Part shown: positions 12,001 through 27,000 of the stretch, in pieces
Layout: every line of letters starts with the position of its first letter
Position numbering within the stretch: position 1 is the stretch's first letter
Source: Hydrolagus colliei
Taxonomy: Eukaryota
Assembly (NCBI GenBank): GCA_035084275.1
Contig: CM068742.1
Span: forward strand, 72,602,001-72,666,000
Length of the DNA: 64,000 bases
Direction of reading: 5' to 3'
Translations under genes and position numbers: made by a program
Notes under the pieces: model-generated
The model's database searches: none
Seen by the model: only the letters and a program-made list of their open reading frames with translations
Told to the model about the DNA's origin: nothing

Positions 12001-15000
12001 TTGTAATTTATTCTGTGTTAATATGGTGCCTTCAATTTCCAAATTTCACCAATTATATATATATTTTTAATGATTTACAGGTGTCCAAAGGACAGGAGCA
12101 ACACAGAATGGCAAATCACAGATCTGTGTGGTTTGCACAGAATCCTGAACTATTGATACTAGCCATTCTCCCCTGTCATTTCTGCATTGTAACTCCTGAA
12201 TTAGCATACTAAGTGTATAATTATCAGCACAACATTTAAAGATTCCAGATTAACAAAATTCATGGTTTAAACTACTGTTGTCTAATTCTAAATACCCAAA
12301 ATGTGGATGGTTTTATTGACCTTGAACCTACTGTGCATTCATCCACAAAATACACAGTCACTCCACTTTACAGTAAACCCTGTGAAATGTTCTGGGACCT
12401 TCTTCTGAAGTGAAAGGTGCTATGTCAAATGCAACAATTTAAAAAAAAATTGCTAGCATATTTTGGAGACCTTCCAGCATTTAGGTTTAGAAATATTGCA
12501 GTGAAGAAATTCTGCACAATTACTATAGTTGATGAGTTAGCCACCATACACTTTTGAAACTATCGGTCACATGGGTGTCTGGGGAAGAAAGGATATTACA
12601 TCAATAACCTTACACAACATAATTTCTCAAGTTGGAAGGTTAGAGATGGAACACTTACATTGAGATCGATCAAGCAGCAATTACTTGAATATGGCTTTTT
12701 ATATTAAAAAAATTAAATGCCAAACAAATTGAAGTCTTGAGACATGGCGGGAGGAAGAGGGGAGGTAGTTATTGGTTAATGTGTTACATTAGTCTCATCC
12801 AGATGAGTTTTAAAAATATTATGCAGCAAAAAGTTTTTTTCAATGTAGTTCCTTTCTTCAGAACTTCATTCTTGGAAGGCACAGGTCTTGACAATTTTAA
12901 AGAAGTCAGAACAATCTAATGAAATTTTGCCTTGTGCATGTTCGTAAAATTAAAATGATGACATAATTTTACACTTATAATACACTGAAACACTTCAATG
13001 GTGCCACACTGATACATTCCCAAATTTCCAGTTTCTAATCTAAGTTGCAAATCAGTGGCTAACCTGGGTGATTCCCTTCAAGGAAAGAAAAGATAAGATG
13101 TGAAATCCTTAACCCATACCTACACATATTTTAGTGTCTGGAAAAAATTCCCTTGCCCTCCACCTCCCTCTCCACTGTTTTGGAGTATCTGAACTTCTCC
13201 CTTTCAGGGCTTCCTCCCGGAATGACCTATCCTCCTCGGTCACTCTCCTCCACAACTCCCTCTCCACCACTCTCGATACCCTTGCTCCCCTAAGGCACAG
13301 GTGTGTGCCGCTGAACACACCTGATTTAAATCTAATTTAACAGTCCATCTGGCTGGACCTTAGCAAATCTTACCCCAACACCACCATCTCTGGTAAATCC
13401 TCCTTCTACTTCAACACAATCTTGGAGGCCAAGGACAACCCCAGGCTCCTCTTCTCCATCACCAACCGCCTCACCCATGCTCTAATCCAGTGTTTCCCAA
13501 CCTTGTTTTGCTGCAACCCAAATTAACCACCAGATGGTCCTCACGACCTAAACTTTTTTTTGCTGTGACCCAAATTAGCTTCCAACCAGTCCTCCCACCA
13601 CTGGAGGGCGATATCGCAACTGAAGCTCAGCTCAGCCAAAACATTATCGCTTATGTTTGGTGGACTCAGCACAACTCGTATGTAGGGTCTTTATACAAAT
13701 TGGTCGGCAGTGTCGCATTTTTTTTTAGCGTTGAAAGCTTTTTTTTAAGTGTTAAAAGCTTTTTTAGCATTAAAAAAGCATTTTCAACATTAAAAAAAGA
13801 GAAAAAAAAATTCTGATGACCCTTTGCGACCCTACTGAGGACCCGCGCAACTCTGATTTGAGTCAGGGCCCGAGGTTGGAAACCACTGCTCTAATCTAAC
13901 GCCAATAGCAAGGCAATGCTGATCTTCCTCGAAACCAAAGTTGAGGGGATCAACTCGACTGCCTCTGACCATCTGACCATTATCCCCTCCCCATCTCCCC
14001 TTCACACCTCAGCCCCTACCCAACCCTCCCTCCACACCGTCAAACCAGTCTCCCCCTTCTTTCTCACCACCACAACAACGCTAAAATTACATTCGTATTG
14101 CGCCTTTCAAGTCAGGGGGACATCACATGGCGCTGGACAAACCCAGTGTCTTCTTCTCCATCACCAACCGGGTCCTCTGCCTTCATCTATGCCCACATTC
14201 TACCCATCTGTGCCATGACTCGTTCTGCATTCCCCCACCTCCGCAATATCACCCAACTCCACCATTGTCTTGCACAACAGGCTGGCGAGCCCCTCATACA
14301 CGCATTATTAACATCCTCGATTATGCAAACGCCATGGTTGTCGGCCTTCCCATCTCCTCCCCCAGTAGCCTACAGATCATGTAGAACTCTACAACCGGTG
14401 GCTTTTGGCGCACCAGCCTCCACAACCCTATCATCCCCATCCTCGCCCTATTCCACCGGCTTCCCATCACACAGAGGATACAGTTCAAGATCCTGGTGTT
14501 CACCTTCAAAGTACTCCATGGCCTTGCTCCCCCTGCCTCTAAAACTTCCTAACCTCCAAACAACCTGTCAGCTCACTTTGCTAAGTGGCCTCCAGCCTGC
14601 TTCATGTCTGCTGCCTCGCCTGTCCCACCATTGGCAGGCGGGTCTTCTGCTATTCTGCCCCCACCCTCTGGAACTCCATCCCACAGACCCTCCACTGCTT
14701 TCAATCATCATCCTTCTCCCCCTCTGCCCACCACCCTCCCAGATCCTCATCCCCATCTTGGGTCTGAAACACTGATTGTCCAGTGCTCTGGGATGTCCTC
14801 CCAACGTGAAAGGCGCTAAACAAATGTAATTTGGGTTTGGAGCGGTATTGGAAGTAGCCCACAAACAACAAAATTACATTTATAGAGCGCCTTTCACGTC
14901 ACAAGGACGTCCCAAGGCTCTGAACAGATCACCCCTTACCTGCCAGTCTCTGGATTGGTAATGGTGTCACATACCAAATAAGGTTATGTGTTTCATATGT

Positions 15001-18000
15001 CATTATACCTCCTCCCATCATTGGGACTGTTGCAGCAGATTTCAGAGTTCTACGCATCTGAAAGTATTTTTTATGTGGTAGTTTCACAGGAACTTCAAAG
15101 TAACCATTGGGGAGCAGTTCGGAATCAATTTGCACCGCTGCATTAATGCTGCAGTGCAAATCTAACTCTTATTGAAACCACCTCCAGGTGTTCTCAGAGC
15201 AGCGCTCTAATACAATTCACAAAGGCACAGCCCAGACCTAAACTATATTTTTGAGAGGGAGCTTCATAGCCTACGAAGCACAAATAAGTTTCAATTGAGA
15301 ATTAATAGCATGTCTTCGTTACCATCAGGAAGAAAATAATTCATTGTGTGATTTATGAAATGTTGCTTTTAAAATATGATTAGTTTAAGTTTCAGATGCA
15401 AAAAAGATGGACTGGACTTGCTCACTCTTTAAAATATATTGCCATTATCAAGACATTTAAATCTAGGGATCCAATATCTGTTATTTACCATAAACAGAAA
15501 ACAAATTCCAAAATGAATTAAATAAAGGCCAATTTCAGTATTCTGAAGAATCTGTAGCTTTGTTCTTCCCAGTTACAATAATGGAGTGTTTTATGCAATT
15601 AAAGGTACTAACCTGAAGATATGTCATACTAAAAATTAATTCCACAAGTAAAATATCAACTGACTATCCAGGTATCTGGAAAGTTGGAACACGCATAGCA
15701 CACTAATTATCAGTGAATTGACAATCAGAGATCCAATGGAATGCTTCACTTACAGTGAAGATTCTTAATTCTCTATAAGAGTCAAAACAATCAGAGCTAC
15801 TCACTAAACAAAGCCGTATATAGGAAACACAAGGTTTCACAATAATAGGGACATAATCTTAAAACTAGAACTAAATCGGTTAATGGTGCATTGAGTAAAT
15901 GTTTCTCAACAAAAGTTATCGATAACATAAAACTCACTGCTGCATTCGACAATAGATGCGGAATTAAATTGGGTTTTAAAAGGGAGATAGTGATAGAAGT
16001 GAGAGTATTAAGAGATATCGAGAAAGGCAGGAAGTGCAAATAAAAACAGCAACGAGAACTTACATATATATAGCAGCTTCTGCACGGATAGTATCTCGGG
16101 GAACTTAACAGATGTGGGGTTTGATGCCAAGCTGGAAAGAGAGGTTATCAAAGGCTTGGAGTTCCAGAGATTTAGAGCATTGTGCCTGAAAGCACCAAAA
16201 GAGTGGAGCCTGGCAAGAACTGGGGTGATGGGAGAGTGGAGCCTGGTTCCCGTGCGGACACAGGTGGCTGAGCTTTGTATAATTTGGATCTTGTTTATAG
16301 TGGAATTGGGAGATTAGCAAGCAGTGCATTGGAAAAAATTACACCAAAATATGACAAAAATGTGAATGAGGGTTTCAACAATATTCTAAATAAAACAGGA
16401 TCGAAGGCAAGCGATGTGGCAGAGGTGAAGGAAGGCAGTCCTGGTCATAGGTGGAAGCATAACTTAGTATTCAATCCTAAAACCAAGGTTGCTTAGAAGT
16501 TCAGTGAATCAGAGGAATAGATGTGTGGGGGTGGGAGGTTTTAAAGAGGCCAGAATCACATGTGAGAAAACATTGACAAGAGTCAAGAAGCACGACTTCC
16601 ATCTTGTCCATGTTCAGTTGCAGATAGTCGGTATTCAGCGAGGCAATAGAACTGGGGTCACAACAAGAAGGCAGAGGCAGAACTGCCATTGACTGAGAAA
16701 ATGGTAGATCAGACTTAATATGCTGCCTTCCGTGCCTTTCATTTGCCATCACTATGGATTATTTTATTCAAACTAGCACTGTTGTTTCTTTCATCTTTTG
16801 CAATGCAATGCATAAGGGTCCAATTTTTGAGGCAGCATATGGTTAGGTATGCATAGACCCTAGATTTACAAAAAAAAACTATGTAGTGGTATAGATTATT
16901 CTTCATAATAATTATTGCAAACATATTCCAATAATAAAAATAATAAAACAGAAAGTCTAATATAAGGCTTCAGAATGATAGCTATTCTATGTGTATGTAT
17001 TTTTAAAATACAATTTATTTTGATGCAAGTGGCAGTATCAGTAGAACATTTGGTCTGAATTGTTCACTGTCCATGCAGACGGTAATCATGCTTGCATACT
17101 TAAATAGCTCATACATCAATATAAAACACTGACTCAAGCAAATTCATTGCATAGACAGGAAGCAATAATAGTAGCAAATGAATATTTTCCGAATTTCCTG
17201 GCATCTAAGAATTAAGAATTGTGATATTTTAAAATGTACAAAACAATACAATTTAGGCAAGTTAAATTTTCTTTAGTTTTACAATTTTAGCAATCCCTAT
17301 GTATGTGTGGCTATCACTTGAATGAACACAGATTTATTCAAAACCTTCCAACACCTTGAGCCAGAGCCATATAACTGCGGCAGAGATGAATGTTCAAACT
17401 GCAATAACATTGTAAAATAAACACAAGACTAATGTATCCAAAAAGTGTAAGAAACTGGAGAACTCTTTCTTCAAAGCTTTTAAATGCTGACTACACAAAA
17501 TTGTATGGAAAAGGGGAATGGTGCAGAAGTGTCAGGAAAGCCACCATGCATTAATGAGTGCAATGTAGCTGTGGGAGGAGTGAATTACAGTGACAAACAG
17601 CTTAGCTACTACAAAGATGGCAGGAAATCTATCAAACTCTACAATAAAATTGCAATTGAGTTTCTTTGGCTTTTTATAGGAAATTCACAGATCTTGATGT
17701 GTAGCACTACAAAGCTTCTCAAATTGCGTGGCTTCAGTTGGCTGTCAAGAGATCGCTCTTTTTCATTAGAGATCTGGGGGAAGGGAGAAAGGTAAAGTAG
17801 AACCTAAGAAACAGAATTACTTTAACCTTCCACTTTACATTAAATGTTTCAAGCACAAGCCAGAAATAAGACTTCTATACCATGAAAGAAAGACAGAAAA
17901 TGGTAATCTCTTTAGAAAGGCTCTGACTAAGCAGTATTTGCACAAAATAGGTGTTGCTGAGTGGAGGGAGGGGAGAGTAGGAAAGAGAAACAACTGAGAA

Positions 18001-21000
18001 CCAGTGGAATAGAATATCACTTGGCAAATCCTCCCCACCACCAACCCCCATTTGCACATTTCTAAGACGATCGGTAATTTTCTTCCCACCATATAACCAT
18101 TTCTAAAGTACTATATTTATATCACATATTTCTGGAGTCTAATAATAAAATAATTTCACATTACAACATCAATGACAGTCTTATCTCATGCCTGCATTAT
18201 TCCTGATCAAAGGCAAGTCATTCTACCAAATGTGAAGTTCAAACAAAATAAATCCTGTGAGAAAATCTGTAGATATCAAAAACAATTCTAGAATAATAAT
18301 CCTTGCATTTGCCTAATCACATTGTTGAGATGTCTCAAAGTACTTCACAGAATATAAAGTAAAGTGAATTAACCGTGTATTTTGCGGACGAAACACAGCA
18401 GCCAATTATGCACAGTGGTGTCCCACATTTTAATATGGGAATGGAAAAATACTGATCATTCACAACACAATATTTATTAAAGCAGTATCATTATTGTACA
18501 AAATCATTGGAACTTATCAAAACAGCAATAAGTTTGTACCGAAAAAACCTGAGTTAACACATTTTCCATAAGTATGCTTTTACATTATCCAATTACTCCA
18601 CAAAAATACATTTAATGGGATTCAGTAGCTGTGTGATACAGTAATTTGTCTTACCACCTTACCATTTTTAAATGCTGCGCTTGTTGAAAGGGAAAAAGTC
18701 AAACATTCAAACTTTTTTTTAAATATGGAAAAAGATAAATGTCAACTAAACTCAATTCAAGATGTCATGAATGTTTTCCTAGTTTGCATACTTTAGATTC
18801 ACAAATACTGAAACTCAACTACCAATATGCTCATTTTAGTGAAGACTGACCTAAAAGTGCTTTTTTAAAAAAAATGCCCTGGTGATTGAGCCGTGTTACC
18901 AAAATTCATCACACTCTCGGGCTATGTGGTAGTAGCCAACATTTGTGACACTTATGTGGCTCAGAAGTCCTGCGTTTGGGTTTGGCTAACACAATAAATC
19001 TACATGGTACTGACACTTTGGGTTGCAAGTTTGCCCAAGAGATTGATGGAATAAAGTCTTGTCTCTACGCTGGTTCTAAGGGTCATATGCATCAGTTCAT
19101 TATGCTCTTGCTTCAGAATCACAAGAGTAAGATTTAATGCTACAAACCAGTGCACAAAATCCATAAAACGATCTGATATTCTAGTATAATACTGAAGGAA
19201 CATTCCACGGTTGGAGTCTTGTACTTCCAGACGAGATTTTAAACAAATCCATTTGCCAGCTTTGGTGAATGTTGAAGATACCATTGGACTACTTCAAAGG
19301 AGCAGGAAGTTCCTCTTCATACCTGTGAAATATTCCTGCTTCACACAAATTCACCAATTGATTTTTTATTCATTGTCCTTTGAAGTATGTTGATGGCAAG
19401 AGATTAACATTTGTGTTATTTTTAAAACGAGTCTTTACAAGTCACAATATGTGAAGCTTTGAGATATTTTGCAGTGGTAGTCTATTGTAAATTTTATCTA
19501 CATGAAATGAACCTGTCTCATCCTACTTACAAGTAGGCCAAATTGACAAAACTGCCTCAGTTCTAATACCTTGTCTGGAGGACAGCAACTCTGACAATAC
19601 AATGATTCCAAGTCCAGATGTAGTAGGTCTTGAACCTACAACCTTCTGACTCGGATATTCGAATGCTAATGCACAAGAAGCATCTTTAGTGATTTTTGTG
19701 TGATTAAGATAGATTTCCCTTCTGTGAAATGGAATATGTAAAAATATATATTTTTAAATTAACTTAAAAATGCAGTAGCATTCTCTCCCGCTCACCCACC
19801 CCCACCAATCCCCCAAACTACCATTTTTTTGTGCTAAATTGTAACACACAAAAGCTTACTGCGTGCAACCGGAAAATAAAACATTATTATGTTTTCAGTT
19901 GAATTTGTACAGTTTAAGTTTTCTAAGCTTGAAAAAATCTAATATCTGTAACCCTCTGGCACATTATCTACTTTCATTTTCATCCAATCTAACATCTGTA
20001 TTAATCGAAAACCATAAGAATTTAGCAGAACATATATGCCTCCTTGTGGCCTAGAAAAGTATAACCTGAAAACTCTAACAATAACGTTTACTGGAACCTT
20101 TAGTAATTTACTATTTTAGAAGGGAAAAAAATTACAATGTAAAGTTATAATGAGATGGGCAATTGTTTTTTAAAAAGCTTTTCAAGAAAATACCCAGACT
20201 GTAGTGTTTCAAATATGTTCAAATTATATTAACTCGACAATAACAACAAATTATATTTGTATAGCACATTTCGCATCGGAAAAAAAGACTTTTGTCATTT
20301 TATGCTTCAGTAATGAGCTAATAAAATGTGTAGAAATTATAAACATCATTGGCCTGGTGAAATGACCACTTTAAGATTTGCACATAATGCAAATCTGTTT
20401 AAACAGTATGTAATTTTTAAAAAAAAAGAAAAATCCAAGATGAATTAGGAAGCACCTCAGAAGTGTAAATGATCCATAACTTACCTTAGAGTGTGTAATT
20501 GAAAGCGTATCCACCCAGACACGCCAACCACCCCATTCATATTTAACTGCATGGTAAAGCAATATCCGGAAGATAGCATAGACCATTTCAGTTATTTTCT
20601 GTTCTTCTGAATTCTTAGGGCTGACATAGCAAAGAGACAACATCCATTCCTGCCACACTGAACATTGCAGCAAACTCCTGCAATAAAACAACAGTTAGAT
20701 TTCTCTGGGATATTTGGCAAAGCAGAATTATTTCATGTGGATTCTAGATTTGGATTCTAGAATTCAGGTAAAAACTATAGAAACCGCCTTACCAGTGGCA
20801 TGAATATTACTTTGAATACTTCAAAAGGTAATATTAAATGTGCTCACTATTTTAATGGATTTGAACCAACATAAGAAAGCAGTAACTAAATTAAAGAAAA
20901 TGCAACTTACAATGCTGCTGCACAAAGCAACAATTCCAGAGTTTTGTTTCCTCTACACCGACAGCAAGATTTTTAAAAAAAACATTATTAGCTTTATGGA

Positions 21001-24000
21001 ATGTATAATATTTTAGTATTCTGTAGCTCCATGACATCGGTAAAATGGCCACTATCATAATGCTCTTTTGGATGAACATTTCTTTGAAGTACAAAAGAAT
21101 TACACTATATTTTGTGTTTACTGGGAACATAGAAATGATTAACGTCATCTTATCAAATGCCATATACTTTTAATGTCAAATATAGTAATAAACCTTACAT
21201 TTGATATCGCACCTTTCAAGTCAAAAGTGCTTCACATGATTTACTGTAATATCTAGTGACTGAGACTTCTAAAGGCTTCCTCTAAAATAATTGTAATAGC
21301 TTACAATTATTTTACAATTTCAAGGGTTGAAAGCTAGGCATTCTGAATGGTCTGAAAGCTATATTTAATTTTAATTTCAATTCAGTCCAATAAAGGTGAA
21401 GCTCAATTATACACACTCCTAAACAATAGGGTCCGTCGACATGGAAATTTTCCGATTAAATATATCGATGAGCTCATATCGAGATATACCGAAATATCGA
21501 TATTTTCGGGTTTTTTGTACTGCTCATGCACGCATAGCGCGCGCATTCCGGGTTGCGCGCATTCCGGGTGTGCGCGCATTCGGGGCCTATCTTCTCAGGA
21601 GGTAAATATCTTTCTCTCTCTGTGTCTCTCACTCTCTCCATCTCTGTGTTTTTCTGTCTGTGTGTCTCTGTGTCTCTCTCCCTCTCTCCTCTCTCACATC
21701 CCCCCCCATCTCTATCTACCTGTATATTATCACATCTACCCCGTCTCTCCCCCCCCCCCCACCGCCATCCCTCTCTCGCACCTCCCCCCCCGTCGTCTCT
21801 CTCCCCCACCACCCCCCCAGCCGTCTCTTTCTCCCTCCCCCCCACCGCCGTCTCTCTCCCAACCCCCAGCCGTCTTTCTCCCCCCAGCTGTCTCTCTCCC
21901 CACCCCAGCTGTCTCTCTCCCCCTCCCCCCAGCCGTCTCTCTCCCCCTCTCCTCCCCCCCAGCCATCTCTCTCCCCACCCCAGCTGTCTCTCTCCCCCTC
22001 CCCCCAGCCGTCTCTCTCCCCCTCTCCTCCCCCCCCAGCCGTCTCTCTCCCCCTCTCCCCCCCCCCCAGCCGTCTCTCTCCCCCTCTTCTCCCCCCACCA
22101 ACCATCTCTCTCCCCCCCAAGCAGTCTCTCTCCCCCCAGCCATCTCTCTCCCCCTCACCCCCCCCCCCCCCCAGCAGTCTCTCTCCCCCTCACCGCCCCC
22201 CCACCCCAGTCGTCTCTCTCACCCCCCACCCCTTGCATACCTGTATATTGTATTCGAGGACTGTGAATACAATATGGCGGCTTTGCATCTCGGTCTGTGC
22301 ATTGTGTATAGAGATGAGCATTCTGGGTCTTGTAGCTCAGTGTGCTCGCATCCCGATTTTTTACCTCGATATATTGTTTTTCGATATATCGATATTTTTG
22401 AAATGTCCATATCGGCGTATCAATATGAAAATTATATCGGGTTTTAGCGATATATCGATATATCGCCGGACCCTACTAAACAAGAATTGTAACCCCAGGA
22501 ACATTCTGAGAGAAATTAGACCTGAGTTTCCTCTATTTGTTTTAGTATTCCAGAGGGCTAAAATGTAGTACAATTTGATAAATTCTTAAATCCTGTCTTA
22601 ATTTTGAGTAAGTTTTCTGCAAGCTATTTTTGTAAAGTACAAAAACAATCCAAAAAGTTAAAACTGAATTTAAAAATTTGACAAATTCTAGATGTTTGAG
22701 GAAACATCGATTGAAATAACCTGTTAAGTTAACCATAGCACTCAAACTTTACAGTATATTTGTGGAACGCTTTGAAATGTCAATTCTCTCAAGACTCAAT
22801 AACATTCTTCAGGTGTCGACTTACAAGAGTACAGCAAAAAATCCTTCTATAAACTGTTTGTTTCATCAATACAATTACAATGCCTTTATCTTAGAATGGA
22901 AAAAATGCATATCCAATGCTGGAAAATGCCTGTAATGCATTGTGTTGGCATGCACAAGGAGAATTGGGCCAGCAGGAGTCTACAATTGGTCCCTCGGAAA
23001 TGTTTGGCTGTGGAAATTTTTTAAAAACATTTTTAGGTTTAGAGCCAGGTCCAGTAAGGGTCATATTATGCAACCCCTCCTTACTTTCAGGTTGTATTCA
23101 CTGGATAAGAGAACAAATTCCTGTCCTTTGTATAGAATATGGTTTATATCATAGTGAATATTTAATAATCCCAAAACAACTGAATACTATTGACCATTTG
23201 ATCAGTCAAAAAAAATCTTCACAGGTCTATCCCAAGAGTTTATTTGGCAGGTTTATCGACAGGGATTGGAGCCAAGCAGACTCAAGGCAATTAAAGTGAA
23301 GCCCAAAGTGCTGAGGATTGGATTATGGATAGCTATTAGTGTCATACAGGTAGAGCACAAAAAGAATTGAAAGTGACGACATCTGAAAAGATTTGTTTTA
23401 AAATATATATTGTTCTAAATTTCTAATATTTAAACACTGAACCTCCCCCTCTCCAATAAATATTAAACCTTCAAATCTGTTACAGGTCACTGTTCCACAT
23501 TCCAATTTAGTGGAGTAGGGCATTTTGGAACATATTTAACTGTCACATTAAGTTGTGAGATAATCTGAATAGCTTTGCATAAGAAAACTAGACTGAGAAG
23601 AGTACATTTTCCCTCTTTGTACCAAATGGGTCAGAACAAGCCAGAGTTCAGATAAGTGGTTAAACTCAGCCGGCCACTACATTTTCTTTTACACTGAAGC
23701 TAACATGGATCCCAAGGAAAGAACTGGTTATTCACAATTGTAGAATTTCCATCTCATTTCCCTTGCACCTGAAAAAATCAGTGGAAGAAATGGGGATTTG
23801 CTCAACAATGAATAATTATTAATTTCTTTACAATTTATTTTTTGCTCCATAAAACAACCGTCAGTTCTAAATTCTGGAGACTGAAATAAAGCATCAAAGC
23901 GTTAACTCTAAATCCAAAGTCCTAACAGGTAGGATGGTCCTAGCTGTACAAGAAGAGGGAAAACTTGCCAGAAAGCAATATTAAAGGTTTTGTGAGGTTT

Positions 24001-27000
24001 TAGTTGGTTAGATTCCAGCAGTATCAGAACGCACTCTGGAGTCTCCAAACCTTGGCTCTTGCCAACCTACGCCTAATTCAAAATTGAATCTCAGACCAGC
24101 CAAGCGGGGAAAGGGGCAGAGAAAGTGCTCATGACATGTGACGGAATCGGATTCTCCAACATCAACAAAACTGTCAGATAAACTGCAGCAGCACAGGCTG
24201 CACAGCTGTCTCTACTCTCGCGCTCCAAGTCAGTCTGTCCACGACTACCCATCCCACCTTTCCCTCCCTCTCTCCCTTACCTCCCTTTCTCCCCCTCTTC
24301 CTCCCTGACTTAACCCCACCCCACCTTTCCCTCCCTCTCCCCCCCTTACCCTCTTTTCCCCCTTTCTCCCCTGGCCCCATTTCCGCGACTGTTGGTGGGA
24401 CACTGTTGTGCGCAATTTGGCTGTCGTGTTTCACCCACAAATACACAGTCAATTTTCCTACTGTTCTTCATCCTGCCCCGACCCCTCCCCCACTGATCTT
24501 GTCCCTACCTGACTGTACAGCGCCTTGGGACGTCCTCTCGATGTGAAAGGCGCGATATAAATGTATGTTTTGATTGATTGATTGATTGATTGATACTTTC
24601 TCAGTTTGGTTTGGATATTTTTAAGTATGCACGGTGATGGGTTTTCACATATGTCAGAAACCCAGCTGACAAAAAAAAGGACTTAGCAAGTTCGAAAAAA
24701 TAAACATCAATGTTCTTTTCAAATTGTCATCCTACACCCACACCAAACATTTTTCCTTCCAAAAATTATTTAATGCCAAATAAAAATATTTTACGCTTAT
24801 TCAAACTCATGTGGATAAACACCATACCAATAAGCAAAATAGATCTAAGGTAGAGCTACATGTTAAGCAGTAGAGTAAAGCTTGGATACAAAATAATTTC
24901 CAAAAGAAGTCCTTTAAAATTCCATACTAACCCAAAATGTCACTGGAACCTCACCATTGTTATTTTAAGAGCACTACAAGATTCCAAAATATTGAAGATC
25001 TAGAAACAGCATTTGGTTCTCTAATTAGCAATAAACTAATAACCATTTTGCAAATTCAAACATGACTTAACTTTACAGATATAGATGGGTTGGTTTTAAT
25101 TACTCACATTCCTACTTACAAATTTCAGCAAAGCAACAGCTTCCATTTACAACAATCTCACCTCCGGTTTTCTCTGCTGCTGTTGAAGAGTTTGATCATG
25201 TCGGACAGAAAAACACGGCGAACCTCAGTAGTTTCTGGAATCTGAGAAGAACCCCTCAACAGCGTTGCAATCACTTTTAGGATTTCTGTAACAAAAAATA
25301 ATATAAATGTCCAACGTCCGGCAGCTAATGTTAGCTTTACAACAGTAATGTAGTGGAATATCACAGAATGTGTCAGAAGGAACCTCTTGTGCTGATCTTA
25401 TTGGGTAACTACACAGTCTACAATTTGGCTATAAAATATTTTGCACTCGCGTTCTGCCCTGAAAGGAGCAGGCAGTAAGGGAAAAAGCATAAAACAATCA
25501 AGAAACTAGATAGAGAGATCTGGATGATCTGCTGTCTATGGAGTTGGAGAAGCCGACAAGCAGGGAGTTTGCGTAGTTGGGCCTGCATGTTATGAATGCA
25601 TGTATGAGGTGTGAGACAGTGACGGAGCCAGGTGATGTTGCGGAGGTGGGGGAAGGCAGCACATATCATGGCACGGAAATGGGGTAATAATAATCTTTGC
25701 ATTTGATACAGCACTTTTCACACTTTATCGATGTCTCAAAGCGCTTCACAAAATAAACTGTAAAGCGAATTGACTGTACATTTGTGGGCGAAAAGATAGT
25801 TGAGGATTAAACAAGATGCCAAGGTTCTAGACTGGCTTAGTGGGGTGGAGTGTGCATCCTTGGATGAGTTCAATGCCTGAAATTAACTCAATCTTTTCAC
25901 TTCTGAAAACTAAATTCAAGTCCAATTCCATCCTCCTCACATTATGAAATAAATCAATTTTTCCCGGGTGACAGAAAACTGTTAAAAACTACATATTTTT
26001 CAGCATGGTCACTAAATTGGCAGCTCAAGAGAAATCCATTAGAACTGCTGACATGGACACAGAAATGCCCTACTTGTAATAGCAAGAGTGCTCTTGAGAT
26101 GAGGGTTAAGACATTTTTCAAGTCATAAGTAAACTTTACCATTACTAATTTATCCTACACACAACAACAACTTAAACTTATAAAGCGCCTTTCACGTCGG
26201 GAGGACGTCCCAAGGCGCTGCACAGGAGGCGTGTGACCCGAGCTGGGAGGGGAATGTTCGGGAAGGAGTGAAACACGTACGGGAGGTCGAAAAGTTCGGG
26301 GGGGAACAAAAGGCACGGTCGAAGAGGAAAGTCTTCAAACCAGCCTTGAAAGAGGAAAGGGAAGAAACAAGGCGGAGGGATTGGGGGATGGAATTCCAGA
26401 GGGTGGGAGCGGAGAAACTGAAAGCCTGGCCTCCGATGGTGGGGTGGTTCGGGCGGGGGGGCTTGGAGCAGGTCAAGTCCTGCTGAACGGAGGGTCCGGG
26501 TGGGCTTATAGGGGGAACATAAATCGGTTAAGTAGGGCGGGGCAAGGCCGTGTAAGGCCTTGAAAGTGAGGACGAGGATCTTGAACTCGATCCTCTGGAG
26601 GATGGGGAGCCAGTGAAGACGGGCGAGGGTGGGGGTTATGTGGTCGCGGAGGTGGGTGCAGGATAGTACACGGGCTTCAGAGTTTTGGATGACCTGCAGC
26701 CTGTGAATGGAGGAACTGGGGAGGCCGACGAGGAGAGAGTTTCCGTAGTCCAGCCGTGAGGTGATGTATGCGTGCACGAGTGTATCGGCAGTGTGGGGGG
26801 TGAGGTAGTTGCGGAGCCTGGCAATGTTGCGTAGGTGGAAATAAGCGGTGCCGGTCAAGGCACTGATGTGGGGGAGGAAGGAGAGTTTATGGTCGAACGT
26901 GATGCCGAGGTTCCCGACTGGCTTTGTGAGGTGGAGAGTACAGTCTTGGATGTTGAGGCTGGCAGCGCCCGATGTGCGGAGGCGTTGGCTTGAGCCAATC

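Noticed and set aside
19000-19330. 94-aa minus-strand ORF with a nearby acceptor in intron 22
   Set aside because: No recognisable homology, and the frame spliced from exon 22 stops immediately (GTA TGA)
21474-22568. Pro/Ser- and Gly/Arg-rich ORFs of 130-310 aa
   Set aside because: Open in all frames because the minisatellite lacks stop codons; not genes
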